This document shows, piece by piece, positions 9,287 to 18,287 of a stretch of 64,000 nucleotides of DNA. Under the pieces are notes generated by a model that made no database searches, was not told the origin of the DNA, and saw nothing but the letters and a program-made list of their open reading frames with translations. Within the stretch, counting starts at the first letter, position 1, and each line of letters begins with the position of its first letter. Source of the stretch: Escherichia coli phage phiS; sequence record PP449093.1; one strand, written 5' to 3'. The position numbers and the translations under genes are program-made.

Positions 9287-9735
9287 GCATAGAAATATTG
9301 CATACACAAGATCAGATAAGCAATTTTAATCTGGTTGATTATCTGGGGATAGGTGCAAGCATTATTATCCTGATGGTGTTTTCAATTTTCGTGATACACT
9401 GGATGTTTAAGAAAGCACATAAGAATTTTCAGACCGCCATAATCCATGTCTTCGCTGTGCCTATTGTATTTGCGCTTTCTTCGTGTACACTGGACCATTA
9501 TTCACAGGAACCGAAATTACATCCTCCACTACCAGCACCAATAGAAAAAGTTGACATTGACCTGAAAGTGGATACAATAGACGGTAAACCTAGAGTTTCT
9601 ATGTCGTGGGAGGACTCCCAAAAATTCAGAGTCTGGCTTGCGGATATTAAGAGATATACACTTGAAAGTAAGTTGATCATGTGTTATTATCGAAAAGAAC
9701 TTAATGAGGAACGGTGCAAACCGAAGGAGAAATAA
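9283..9735 (+). CDS. Putative o-spanin lipoprotein (Rz1-like); true start may be the internal ATG at 9403
   Basis: Lipobox-like VFALSSC preceded by MFKKAHK plus hydrophobic stretch; proline-rich mature region; strong AAGGAGG RBS supports 9283 whereas the signal-peptide logic supports 9403. Confidence 0.45.
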   Translation: MSIEILHTQDQISNFNLVDYLGIGASIIILMVFSIFVIHWMFKKAHKNFQTAIIHVFAVPIVFALSSCTLDHYSQEPKLHPPLPAPIEKVDIDLKVDTIDGKPRVSMSWEDSQKFRVWLADIKRYTLESKLIMCYYRKELNEERCKPKEK

Positions 9736-10613
9736 TGCCGAAATGTGAAGTGATTTTAACCGTTGGTTGTTCTGGGTCCGGTAAAACTACATGGGCTATG
9801 GAAACGTGTAAACGGTTTAGTAATTATCGTAATGTGAATCGCGATGATCTTCGTCTTATGTTGTTTGGTGTTGACTCACATTTGAAATACAAGTATACTA
9901 AGGAAAAAGAAAAACTGGTAGAGTCTATTCAGAGAATGATTGCTCGTGAGACTCTATCACGCGGTTTGAGTATCATTATCTCCGATACCAACCTGAAAGA
10001 AAAACATCGTGTATTCTACAAAGAACTTGCAAAAGAATTTAACGCGGTGTATACTGAACAAGTGTTCAATGAACCGTTTGAGACACTAAAGAAACGTAAT
10101 TTCTATCGCGGCGAGAAAGCAATTCCACTTTCTCATTTGCGTAACCAATTTTATCTGATGCAGGAATATATGGGTCAAGAAGTATACAAACCGAATACCA
10201 TGCTGCCGAAGGCAGTGATCTTTGATATTGATGGAACATTAGCGGATAAGGGCGGTCGTCATCCGTTTGACTGGACAAAGGTCAAAGAAGATAAACCTCG
10301 TCCGCAAGTGATCGAAATGCTTAAACTGTATCGTGATAATGGCTATCGTATCATTACATGCTCAGGGCGTGAGGATGTTTGCGAAGAAGATACTCTGCAA
10401 TGGTTGCGTGAACAGGGTATTGAACCGAGTGATCACTTTCAACGTGAAACTAATGATCGTCGTCCTGATCATGAAGTGAAGAAAGAGATTTTCTTCTCTG
10501 AAATTGCACCGCGTTATCATGTTGTGTTGGCAGTAGATGATCGTGATCAAGTGGTTGACATGTACCGCTCAATTGGTGTAGAATGTTTTCAGGTTAACTA
10601 CGGAGACTTTTAA
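9735..10613 (+). CDS. pseT: Polynucleotide 5'-kinase/3'-phosphatase
   Basis: P-loop GCSGSGKTT at N-terminus, HAD phosphatase DIDGTL in C-terminal half, C-terminal GVECFQV; RBS GAAGGAGA. Confidence 0.9.
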   Translation: MPKCEVILTVGCSGSGKTTWAMETCKRFSNYRNVNRDDLRLMLFGVDSHLKYKYTKEKEKLVESIQRMIARETLSRGLSIIISDTNLKEKHRVFYKELAKEFNAVYTEQVFNEPFETLKKRNFYRGEKAIPLSHLRNQFYLMQEYMGQEVYKPNTMLPKAVIFDIDGTLADKGGRHPFDWTKVKEDKPRPQVIEMLKLYRDNGYRIITCSGREDVCEEDTLQWLREQGIEPSDHFQRETNDRRPDHEVKKEIFFSEIAPRYHVVLAVDDRDQVVDMYRSIGVECFQVNYGDF

Positions 10614-10816
10614 TGTTTACCGATAAAATCAAGCAATTAGGCGAAGCACTTGCTAAACGTGGTTTTAGTGTTGATATTGAACCAGCGCCAGTTATGCCGT
10701 TTAGCGATGAACGTCGCAGTGTATATGTCATCATGAGAAATAATCATGGTGTGAATACATTCAATGTAAAACAGTATAGCGACGGATCAGTAGAATACTT
10801 TCGCGTATACGGTTAA
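10613..10816 (+). CDS. Hypothetical protein (67 aa)
   Basis: ATGA overlap with pseT stop. Confidence 0.4.
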   Translation: MFTDKIKQLGEALAKRGFSVDIEPAPVMPFSDERRSVYVIMRNNHGVNTFNVKQYSDGSVEYFRVYG

Positions 10817-10837
10817 TTAATATGTGAGGATTATATT

Positions 10838-11344
10838 ATGTTGTCACAAACTTACATGCAGATCGCCTATCTGATCGCAAAGAACTCTAAATGTGTTTCG
10901 TGGAAGGTAGGCGCACTGATCGAAAAAGACGGGCGAATCATTTCTACTGGATTTAACGGAACTCCAGCAGGGCAAGTAAATTGTAGCTGTCATGCACATA
11001 AAAACGGTTGGCTGGATGATGACGGCAAAATGATCCCAGAAAAACGACCAGAGCATAGTGCATGGTCACAGAAAAACGAGATCCATGCTGAATTAAATGC
11101 TATTTTGTTTGCTGCCCGTAGCGGTGTATCGATTGAAGGCGCTAGTATGTGGTGTACTGCTTCACCGTGTCCAGATTGCGCTAAAGCAATTGCAAACAGT
11201 GGAATTAAACATTTATACTATTGCGACACATATGATCGAAATGGTGGGCGTGATTGGGCTGATATTTTGGATAAAGCCGACATTACGGTTACGCGTATTC
11301 CAAAAGCATTATTGGCTGATTTGAAGGGTATTGATAATGACTGA
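10838..11344 (+). CDS. cd: dCMP deaminase
   Basis: Zinc-binding deaminase motifs HAELNAI and PCPDCAKAI; strong resemblance to T4 Cd as recalled. Confidence 0.9.
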   Translation: MLSQTYMQIAYLIAKNSKCVSWKVGALIEKDGRIISTGFNGTPAGQVNCSCHAHKNGWLDDDGKMIPEKRPEHSAWSQKNEIHAELNAILFAARSGVSIEGASMWCTASPCPDCAKAIANSGIKHLYYCDTYDRNGGRDWADILDKADITVTRIPKALLADLKGIDND

Positions 11345-11657
11345 ACAAATTGATAATATCGCACTTCGTGAAGCACTCAAGAAAATGTTTTCGGTCGGTA
11401 CTCACTCTTTGCAGTTTACTAAGAAAGATGGTACTGTCCGTGAGATGATCGCCACGCGAGATCCGGCACTGATGCCGTTTGAAACATACGAAAAGTGGTT
11501 AGTTCCTAATGTTGAAAAACCGCGTAAAGAATCAGAAACATCTTTGCCAGTATATGAAATTGCAGTTGAAGGTTTCCGTAGTTTTGGGCTTGATAGTCTG
11601 ATTAATGTAGATGGATTGACTCCAGCGCAGATCATCGAAATGTACGGTGGTAGTTGA
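11331..11657 (+). CDS. Hypothetical protein (108 aa)
   Basis: ORF in operon context; no recognisable motif. Confidence 0.4.
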   Translation: MIMTEQIDNIALREALKKMFSVGTHSLQFTKKDGTVREMIATRDPALMPFETYEKWLVPNVEKPRKESETSLPVYEIAVEGFRSFGLDSLINVDGLTPAQIIEMYGGS

Positions 11658-12271
11658 CAATGGAAATAAAAGATGATAATATCATATTACCAGCACCGGA
11701 AGAATGGAGACAAGCTGTAGGTTATCCGTGGTATGAAATCTCTAATTATGGTAGATTGAGATCTATTGACCGAAATATCGAATTTTATAGAGAAGTTTCT
11801 CCTGGTAATATTAAGCTAGTAAAACAAAAACGTGCTGGTAAAATAATAAAACCGATTTTAGACCGATATGGGTATTATTATTCAACACTGTCAAAACAAA
11901 AAGACAATGGTAAAATCTCAGTTAAAGCCGAAAAGATACATCGACTTGTAGCAAATGCATTTCTAGGAGACGTTACCGGACTGGAGGTTAACCACATCAA
12001 TGGTGTAAAAACCTGCAATTATGTGTGGAATTTAGAAATAGTAACCTTACTAGAAAATATGAGACATTCATTTAGAACTGGACTCAATAACAATGTTGGT
12101 GAAAACCACTCACGGGCAAAACTGACAAATGCGCAAGTCGAAGAAATAATGCGACTCAAAGGAAAGGTTAAGAAGCAAATTATAGCCGATATGTTTAATG
12201 TTTCTTATTGTTGTATAGCGCAAATACATTCTGGTCTGCGGCGAAATCCAAAGGTCGCTAAATATAAATAA
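11654..12271 (+). CDS. HNH homing endonuclease (NUMOD4 + HNH + C-terminal HTH-like)
   Basis: NUMOD4-like WYEISNYGRLRS; HNH-like VNHINGVKTCNYVWNLEIVTLLENMRHS. Confidence 0.7.
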   Translation: MTMEIKDDNIILPAPEEWRQAVGYPWYEISNYGRLRSIDRNIEFYREVSPGNIKLVKQKRAGKIIKPILDRYGYYYSTLSKQKDNGKISVKAEKIHRLVANAFLGDVTGLEVNHINGVKTCNYVWNLEIVTLLENMRHSFRTGLNNNVGENHSRAKLTNAQVEEIMRLKGKVKKQIIADMFNVSYCCIAQIHSGLRRNPKVAKYK

Positions 12272-12307
12272 TTTACTATTGAACTGAATTGAAGAGGTAA
12301 GAAAATT

Positions 12308-12631
12308 ATGACCGTTAAAACTCCTAAAGCACTTGGTGACTATGTGATCATTGAAGCTAAAGCGGAAAGCGCAGGGACCGAAGTAAAGAGCGACTTTGGT
12401 ATTATCATCGAACAAAAACGAACTATGGGAGAGATTCCTTTAGTCGGTAAGATTATTGATATCGGTGATAACGTTGATAAAGAATTGCTGGGTAAGACTG
12501 TATTGCTTCCTCATGGGAAACTTAATAAAGTTCCTCATCCAGACGTTATTAACGGCGTTAAGAAGGAAGAAGAGATCGACCTGAAATGGACTGTAACACA
12601 CAAACAGAATATTGTGGTAGTTTACGGTTAA
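12308..12631 (+). CDS. 31: Co-chaperonin GroES-like protein (T4 gp31 homolog)
   Basis: 107 aa; GDYVIIEA and VPHP motifs resemble T4 gp31; position between cd and gene 30. Confidence 0.75.
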   Translation: MTVKTPKALGDYVIIEAKAESAGTEVKSDFGIIIEQKRTMGEIPLVGKIIDIGDNVDKELLGKTVLLPHGKLNKVPHPDVINGVKKEEEIDLKWTVTHKQNIVVVYG

Positions 12632-12642
12632 TGATTTTAAAC

Positions 12643-12669
12643 GGCGGGAAATAATCCCGCCTATATTTT
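12643..12669 (+). terminator. Terminator-like hairpin
   Basis: GGCGGGA aataa TCCCGCC then TATATTTT. Confidence 0.45.
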
Positions 12670-12713
12670 GGCTATATGATTTTGTAAGTTATTGATTATT
12701 AAGGAATTTTATT

Positions 12714-12878
12714 ATGAAAACTATGAATGTAAACATCCACGAAATCCATACCGAAGTATTCACCGATGAAGACCAGTTTGGTGTATGGGTAAATCCTCAT
12801 TCGATTACTATCGATATTCCTAATGACGATTATGATCCGTTCTCTCTGATTAGCGAGATTAGTTTCAATGACTTCTGA
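12714..12878 (+). CDS. Hypothetical small protein (54 aa)
   Basis: ATG with upstream AAGGAA; overlaps start of next gene. Confidence 0.25.
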   Translation: MKTMNVNIHEIHTEVFTDEDQFGVWVNPHSITIDIPNDDYDPFSLISEISFNDF

Positions 12879-13347
12879 AATTGATATCTATGCGGGTGGA
12901 CCTTATCCATCGGGTGAATTGAGTAATTTCAATAAAAGACCATTCCGTCTATTTGGTTGTGATATTAACAGCACAGAAGGATTTTTACAGGGGCTAAGAT
13001 TTAAGAACCCTCAGAGACAAAGAGAAATCTTTTTGATGCACGGTGGCAAAGCAAAAAGAACCGGAAGAACTGAAAAGATTGAGAATCACATGTTATATTT
13101 TCAGGGTCGCCAGATTCATCGAATGAGTGAGCATTATTACAGACTGGTACATCTGGCATTTGTTACGATGGCACGGAATAACCCAGAATTTTGTAAAGCA
13201 TTACTCGCTACAGGAAATAAGAAATTACGTCATAGCATAGGTGGAACTGATCCGTTAAAGACTATATTGACTGAATCGGAATTTTGTAGTATCCTCAATG
13301 ATATTCGTGAACGTTTAACAAAACGAGGTGAAAATGTCAATTCTTAA
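12868..13347 (+). CDS. NADAR-domain (YbiA/DUF1768-like) protein
   Basis: ELSNFNKRPF...STEGFLQGLRF and ALLATGNKKLRH blocks match the NADAR family signature. Confidence 0.6.
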   Translation: MTSEIDIYAGGPYPSGELSNFNKRPFRLFGCDINSTEGFLQGLRFKNPQRQREIFLMHGGKAKRTGRTEKIENHMLYFQGRQIHRMSEHYYRLVHLAFVTMARNNPEFCKALLATGNKKLRHSIGGTDPLKTILTESEFCSILNDIRERLTKRGENVNS

Positions 13348-14830
13348 TATCATTAACCAGCTTGCAGCGACCGACAAAACATCGCTGAAAGAAAAGATCC
13401 TGAAAGAATCCGCAAGTAATGAAACTCTGAAAGAATGCTTTTATCTGGCATATTGCAAACAGGTTACGTTTGGCGTAAAGAAATACGATAAACCATCGCG
13501 TTATTCGTCTGTATTGTCTTTATCCGGTGCATTACAGGTCTTTAAAAATAAACTTGCCACGCGTCAAGTAACTGGTAATGCAGCATTACAGCTAGTTACC
13601 GATACTCTGACTTGCTTGTCAGAGGATGATGCTAAAGTTGCAATGATGGTCCTGAATCGTGATCTGGAGTGTGGTTGTTCCGCTACCACTGCAAACAAGG
13701 TATGGAAGAAACTGATCCCCCAGCAACCGTGCCACCTTGCATCGTCATGTTCTGATAAGACTATTGCCAATATCAAATATCCGGCGTATGCACAACTTAA
13801 AAGCGATGGCGCTCGTGGTATGGCTGATATTGACGGGGAAACATTAGCAATCTATACCCGCTCAGGTAATACCTATCAAGGGCTTGATGATTTGTTTGCG
13901 GTTTTAGAGCGTCTACGAGGCCGTGGAATTGTTCTAGATGGCGAATTGGTATATATGCCTACCCTTTCGCAAACACCAGCGCAGAACTTCGTTGAGAGCG
14001 TTTATGATGGTACTCTGTCATGGATATTTGAAGAAGAGGAAATGCCATTAACGCCAGTAGCGGAAGCAGTGAAAGAATCCGTTGTTGCAGATCGTCAGAC
14101 CGGAAATGGTATCCTCAACAAATCACTTAAAGGAACTATTCCAAAAGAAGAAGCCCAATGTATTGTTTACACTGTCTGGGATGTTATCGACCGTGATGTG
14201 TATTACGGAAACGAGAAAGCAACGAAGCAATATAAAGATCGATTCGAAGAACTAAAACAGATTGTTGAAGAACTTAACGATCCTCGTGTTCAGATAATCG
14301 AAAATACTGTAGTTAACAATATCGATGAAGCTCGCGAAGTATATCATCGCTATGTAAACATGGGATTAGAAGGCATTATCCTTAAAAATTTACATGGTGT
14401 ATTTGAAGATCGTCGCAGTAAAGATCAGGTTAAATTTAAAGAAGTGATTGACTTCGACGCGGAAATTGTTGATGTATATCCGCATAGTAAAGATCCTAAT
14501 AAGGTAGGCGGTTTTACTGTCCGTAGTGCGTGCGGACGAATGATGACTAACACCGGATCGGGATTGACCGACACCACAACCGAAAAAGGCGATGATGGTA
14601 TTGAACGTGTGATTCCGTTTGACCGTCGAAATGAACTTGACCGAGAAATGTTATGGGCTGACCGTCATAACCTGATTGGAAAAGTCATTGAGATGACATG
14701 CAACGGGTATATCCGCAGCAAATCACGTAAAGAAGATGAACCGGAGTTCTCTTTATTTCTCCCAATCATAAAACGTATTCGCTACGACAAGACCACTGCA
14801 AATACAGTAAAAGAGGTATTCGATGTGTGA
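13334..14830 (+). CDS. 30: ATP-dependent DNA ligase
   Basis: Adenylation motif AQLKSDGARG (KxDG); overall resemblance to T4 gp30; RBS GAGGTGA. Confidence 0.95.
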   Translation: MSILNIINQLAATDKTSLKEKILKESASNETLKECFYLAYCKQVTFGVKKYDKPSRYSSVLSLSGALQVFKNKLATRQVTGNAALQLVTDTLTCLSEDDAKVAMMVLNRDLECGCSATTANKVWKKLIPQQPCHLASSCSDKTIANIKYPAYAQLKSDGARGMADIDGETLAIYTRSGNTYQGLDDLFAVLERLRGRGIVLDGELVYMPTLSQTPAQNFVESVYDGTLSWIFEEEEMPLTPVAEAVKESVVADRQTGNGILNKSLKGTIPKEEAQCIVYTVWDVIDRDVYYGNEKATKQYKDRFEELKQIVEELNDPRVQIIENTVVNNIDEAREVYHRYVNMGLEGIILKNLHGVFEDRRSKDQVKFKEVIDFDAEIVDVYPHSKDPNKVGGFTVRSACGRMMTNTGSGLTDTTTEKGDDGIERVIPFDRRNELDREMLWADRHNLIGKVIEMTCNGYIRSKSRKEDEPEFSLFLPIIKRIRYDKTTANTVKEVFDV

Positions 14831-15299
14831 TAATGAAGGGGCGAAAGCCCCTAAACCTAAAAAATTGTCAAAGAAAGAGCAACGCCAGATCCTGAAAATG
14901 AAATATGGTGGACGTTGTGCCTATTGTGGCGAGGAACTAGGGGATCGCTGGCACGCAGACCACATCAAACCAGTATTGCGACGCTCAAAGGTAGTCTATG
15001 ATGAAAATGGACGAATTGCCCGTAATGATGATGGATCGTGGAAGTATAAGGTTGTAGGAATGCATAAACCGGAGCATGATATACTTGATAACATGAATCC
15101 GGCGTGTGTGCAATGCAATCTTTACAAAAGCTGTATGGGCTTAGAATACTGGCGTAAGTGTATACGCGAGAACTTCCAGAAGTACATTCAGCACAATATG
15201 GGATTGCGAGCGGCTAAACGCTTTGGCTTGCTGTCAATTCATGACCAGCCAGTAGAATTTTATTTCGAAAAGTACGAGCGCGAGCATCAAGAAAAATAA
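14823..15299 (+). CDS. HNH nuclease (McrA-like zinc-finger HNH)
   Basis: CAYCG ... HADHIKP ... CVQCNLYK pattern typical of HNH nucleases. Confidence 0.65.
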   Translation: MCDNEGAKAPKPKKLSKKEQRQILKMKYGGRCAYCGEELGDRWHADHIKPVLRRSKVVYDENGRIARNDDGSWKYKVVGMHKPEHDILDNMNPACVQCNLYKSCMGLEYWRKCIRENFQKYIQHNMGLRAAKRFGLLSIHDQPVEFYFEKYEREHQEK

Positions 15300-15313
15300 T
15301 TCAAAAAAAGTTG

Positions 15314-15342
15314 TTGACAGGGGATCACCGATCCCCTATACT
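15314..15342 (+). promoter_or_regulatory. PeSL-like early promoter: TTGACA - 17 bp - TATACT
   Basis: Spacer is the perfect inverted repeat GGGGATC acc GATCCCC. Confidence 0.6.
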
Positions 15343-15387
15343 ACACACATCAAAACGAAACACACTTTCTTAAACGGAGAATCAAAA

Positions 15388-15555
15388 ATGTTCCAGACTA
15401 AAGCAGAATGCGAAGCATACATTGTAGCAAACCACGGTGAAGACTACCTGAAATTCGATATCGTAGTAGCACAGAAGATCACCGGAATGGTTGCAAAATA
15501 TCTGGGTGTTAAAGAAGGTTACTATCCAAGCAACGCACCAGAAATTAACAAATAA
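15388..15555 (+). CDS. Small protein (55 aa), paralog of 18645..18812
   Basis: Not in ORF track; MFQTKAECEAYIVANHGEDYLKFDIVVAQK...; near-identical second copy at 18645. Confidence 0.5.
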   Translation: MFQTKAECEAYIVANHGEDYLKFDIVVAQKITGMVAKYLGVKEGYYPSNAPEINK

Positions 15556-15558
15556 TAG

Positions 15559-15587
15559 TTGACAATGATTAAAGGGAGTAGTAAGAT
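15559..15587 (+). promoter_or_regulatory. PeSL-like early promoter: TTGACA - 17 bp - TAAGAT
   Basis: Inverted repeat GGGAGTA gtaaga TACTCCC. Confidence 0.55.
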
Positions 15588-15619
15588 ACTCCCATAAAGA
15601 CAACAAACGGAGAATCAAA

Positions 15620-15799
15620 ATGAAAGCTATCGAAGTTCAGAAGTACATGGAACTCATCATTGAAGGTAAAGCACATACAGTATTGACTACCCACGTAGGA
15701 TATGATAAAAATGTGCATATGCTGGTAGACAATATCGGTTGGATGAAGTTTAATCCTAACGAGAATGTACAAGCTCAAGAAATGACCATCCCTTTCTAA
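15620..15799 (+). CDS. Hypothetical small protein (59 aa)
   Basis: ATG with GGAG RBS downstream of PeSL. Confidence 0.4.
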   Translation: MKAIEVQKYMELIIEGKAHTVLTTHVGYDKNVHMLVDNIGWMKFNPNENVQAQEMTIPF

Positions 15800-15811
15800 G
15801 AGGAATATATT

Positions 15812-16090
15812 ATGATGCGAATTACTGCAACGCTGGATAAGACACACAAAGAAAGATTTTTCGGTATGATCTTAAAAACGCCGATTTTCGATAATTACCT
15901 TTATGTTGACTATGACGGTCACATTAGCTATAAATGTAAAAATGATATTCGTGATTCCTTTGGTGATAAATCACAAGCCGATATTCATGACCACTGGTGG
16001 AACCATGACGAACCTTTACGAGTTATCGCAGTTGATGTAAAAACAACAAAAGAAGCTGATAAGGTAGTGAATGATTATGAGCAAATTTAA
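15812..16090 (+). CDS. Small protein, member A of a 4-copy paralog family (HxHW motif)
   Basis: YLYVDYDGHISY ... HDHWW ... RVIAVDV shared with 16491, 16816 and 17513 ORFs. Confidence 0.5.
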   Translation: MMRITATLDKTHKERFFGMILKTPIFDNYLYVDYDGHISYKCKNDIRDSFGDKSQADIHDHWWNHDEPLRVIAVDVKTTKEADKVVNDYEQI

Positions 16091-16286
16091 AGAATACAAA
16101 GCATATCAACAGATTTTGCGAGTATACGCACCAGAGTTCGCCGAAAAGATGATGGAAGATGCATCAAAATGCCCGTCCTTTTCTGGAAACAAAAACCATT
16201 ATTCGACTGGTATTGTGTCATGGAAAGAAACCGCATATACTCAACAATGGATAGAGGTTTTCTCAAAAACTCTTGATTGGTGTTAA
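16077..16286 (+). CDS. Small protein, tandem paralog 1 (MSKFK family)
   Basis: MSKFKEYKAYQQI...MMEDA...WKETAY; paralog of next ORF. Confidence 0.45.
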   Translation: MSKFKEYKAYQQILRVYAPEFAEKMMEDASKCPSFSGNKNHYSTGIVSWKETAYTQQWIEVFSKTLDWC

Positions 16287-16288
16287 TT

Positions 16289-16504
16289 ATGAGCAAATTT
16301 AAAGATTATCGAGCATATAAAGCGATCTGCGATATATTCGATGAAAAGACCGCTCATGCAATGATGGAAGATGCAGAACAATATGAATCATTCGTCAATT
16401 CCAAAGATTGCACAGTAAACGGGATTGTGTGCTGGAAAGATACAAAGTATGAAGAAAAATGGATTACTGTGTATTACGGAGAACTAGAATATGAAATTAA
16501 CTAA
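16289..16504 (+). CDS. Small protein, tandem paralog 2 (MSKFK family)
   Basis: MSKFKDYRAYKAI...MMEDA...WKDTKY. Confidence 0.45.
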   Translation: MSKFKDYRAYKAICDIFDEKTAHAMMEDAEQYESFVNSKDCTVNGIVCWKDTKYEEKWITVYYGELEYEIN

Positions 16505-16811
16505 AAAGATTTTCCCAGAATTGCGTAACTGTCTGTTATTGGTTACTGAATATAAGCCGTATGCGATCTACTTGTATGTTGATGAAAATCTGAAAATCCG
16601 TTACTATGATTATACGTCTCCAGTGATGAAATCATTTGCTCACTCGATAGCAAATAACTGTATGAATCACAATCATTGGGTATCAGAAACGGATGACGAT
16701 GCGTCAGAAGTTGTAGTGGTTGCATGGAATCTATCACCAGCGGAAGCAGATCAAGCACGCATTAAGCATTATGCGAAAAACAATTGGTTTGACCTTATAA
16801 GTGAGGACTAA
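16491..16811 (+). CDS. Small protein, member B of the 4-copy paralog family
   Basis: ELRNCLLL...YLYVDENLKIRYYDY...HNHW...VVVVAWNL. Confidence 0.5.
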   Translation: MKLTKKIFPELRNCLLLVTEYKPYAIYLYVDENLKIRYYDYTSPVMKSFAHSIANNCMNHNHWVSETDDDASEVVVVAWNLSPAEADQARIKHYAKNNWFDLISED

Positions 16812-16815
16812 TATT

Positions 16816-17094
16816 ATGTTCAAAGTAGGTGATAAGTTTATTCTTAGTCGTGATATTCTACCTAATCTGAAAGGTTGTATCATCAATCCTAGTAAAAATT
16901 CATGGTTTTATCTGTTTATCGACGACAAACTGAATGTACGCGCCGAATATAAAGAAGGTCTTCGCACTGGCCTCGGTTTCTTTAACGATCACGATCATAG
17001 CCATTGGCTAAACGGTGGATTCGAAGCAACGGTGCTCGCGGTTGATGTGACCTACACAAACATCATAGAAAAATATCAAAAAATTATTTTATAA
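16816..17094 (+). CDS. Small protein, member C of the 4-copy paralog family
   Basis: FYLFIDDKLNVRAEY...HSHW...VLAVDVT. Confidence 0.5.
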   Translation: MFKVGDKFILSRDILPNLKGCIINPSKNSWFYLFIDDKLNVRAEYKEGLRTGLGFFNDHDHSHWLNGGFEATVLAVDVTYTNIIEKYQKIIL

Positions 17095-17100
17095 AAAGTG

Positions 17101-17129
17101 TTGACATAAGATCGGGTGTATAGCATAAT
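17101..17129 (+). promoter_or_regulatory. PeSL-like early promoter: TTGACA - 17 bp - CATAAT
   Basis: Inverted repeat GGGTGTAT agcataa TACACCC. Confidence 0.6.
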
Positions 17130-17175
17130 ACACCCATCGAAACGAGATACACTTTCTAACTAGGAGAATCAAATT

Positions 17176-17463
17176 ATGGCATACATCACCATCACTCTGA
17201 AAGTTAACAAATTTGCTCACGCTGCACACGAAACCGATAATGCAATCCGTAACAACAAGTTCGCACGTCTGGTACGCGATGCGGTAGCTAAAGAGTTCAA
17301 CTTCAAATTTGCCGATGGTAAAGTTATCACTAAATGGACTCATGACGGCGAAACTAAAGTAGAACTTGCTGACAACTTCGCAAATCAGGAATATGCACAC
17401 CGTCGCATTAATGAAATTATCAGCGATGAACTCTACTACGGTGTACAGGAAGGACTGTTTTAA
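17176..17463 (+). CDS. Hypothetical protein (95 aa)
   Basis: GGAG RBS, downstream of PeSL. Confidence 0.45.
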   Translation: MAYITITLKVNKFAHAAHETDNAIRNNKFARLVRDAVAKEFNFKFADGKVITKWTHDGETKVELADNFANQEYAHRRINEIISDELYYGVQEGLF

Positions 17464-17512
17464 TATATGGGGCGTTAAGCCACTTTTAATCTATCTGAAT
17501 GAGGATATCACT

Positions 17513-17821
17513 ATGAAAAATCTTGTAGTTGAATTTACCCGCGAGAATTTACCACAATTACGCAACTCTCTGCTTAAACTAGAGAACAGTAATTATGATG
17601 TATATTTTTACATCACAGAAGACCTAGAGATCCTTTACGCAGATTATCCAGGTCCGATCCGTACTTTCGAAACAGCATCAAAGTATAAAAATGTTTACGG
17701 TCATGAGCACTGGTTACGAGAAAACCCAGGTCGCAAGAAAGCACGCGTTAAAGTGCTGGCGATTGACATAACACCAGCATACGCCGACCGGATTGCACAG
17801 AATGATTATTTGTCTAAATGA
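17513..17821 (+). CDS. Small protein, member D of the 4-copy paralog family
   Basis: LPQLRNSLLKL...VYFYITEDLEILYADY...HEHW...VLAIDIT; GAGGA RBS. Confidence 0.5.
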   Translation: MKNLVVEFTRENLPQLRNSLLKLENSNYDVYFYITEDLEILYADYPGPIRTFETASKYKNVYGHEHWLRENPGRKKARVKVLAIDITPAYADRIAQNDYLSK

Positions 17822-17828
17822 TTTTATT

Positions 17829-17855
17829 AGCCGACCTTAGCGTCGGCTTTTTTAT
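17829..17855 (+). terminator. Rho-independent terminator
   Basis: AGCCGAC cttagc GTCGGCT followed by TTTTTT. Confidence 0.6.
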
Positions 17856-17877
17856 TGCATAAAATTTTAAAAAAGAA

Positions 17878-17906
17878 TTGACACCAGATCACGCCTATAG
17901 CATAAA
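17878..17906 (+). promoter_or_regulatory. PeSL-like early promoter: TTGACA - 17 bp - CATAAA
   Basis: Conserved leader ...cacccatcaaaacgagataccacttaGGAGaatcaaacaATG. Confidence 0.5.
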
Positions 17907-17947
17907 TACACCCATCAAAACGAGATACCACTTAGGAGAATCAAACA

Positions 17948-18217
17948 ATGGCACTGACTAAAACCACTACCAACTTTGCAAAACGTCACGGCTTCGACCT
18001 TGAAATCAATAGCTTTAACGATTACACCCTTCTGTGTGTATATGAAATCGAAAATGATTGCGAGTGGATGTTCAGCTATCGCGTAAACGAAGACGGATCT
18101 TTCACTTGGAACGGAAATATCTATCTTGCACAGGAAGTAAAAGAAGAACTTCCGGCGACCATCAAAGATGAGAAACATTTACGTCAAGTTTTAAAATTTA
18201 TTTCTGAAAATATCTAA
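17948..18217 (+). CDS. Hypothetical protein (89 aa)
   Basis: GGAG RBS, PeSL upstream. Confidence 0.45.
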   Translation: MALTKTTTNFAKRHGFDLEINSFNDYTLLCVYEIENDCEWMFSYRVNEDGSFTWNGNIYLAQEVKEELPATIKDEKHLRQVLKFISENI

Positions 18218-18225
18218 AAAAGTTG

Positions 18226-18254
18226 TTGACACTAAAGTAAGAACATAGCATAAT
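18226..18254 (+). promoter_or_regulatory. PeSL-like early promoter: TTGACA - 17 bp - CATAAT
   Basis: Consensus hexamers with 17-bp spacing. Confidence 0.55.
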
Positions 18255-18287
18255 ACACCCATACCGAAACGAACTGGAGAATCAAAA

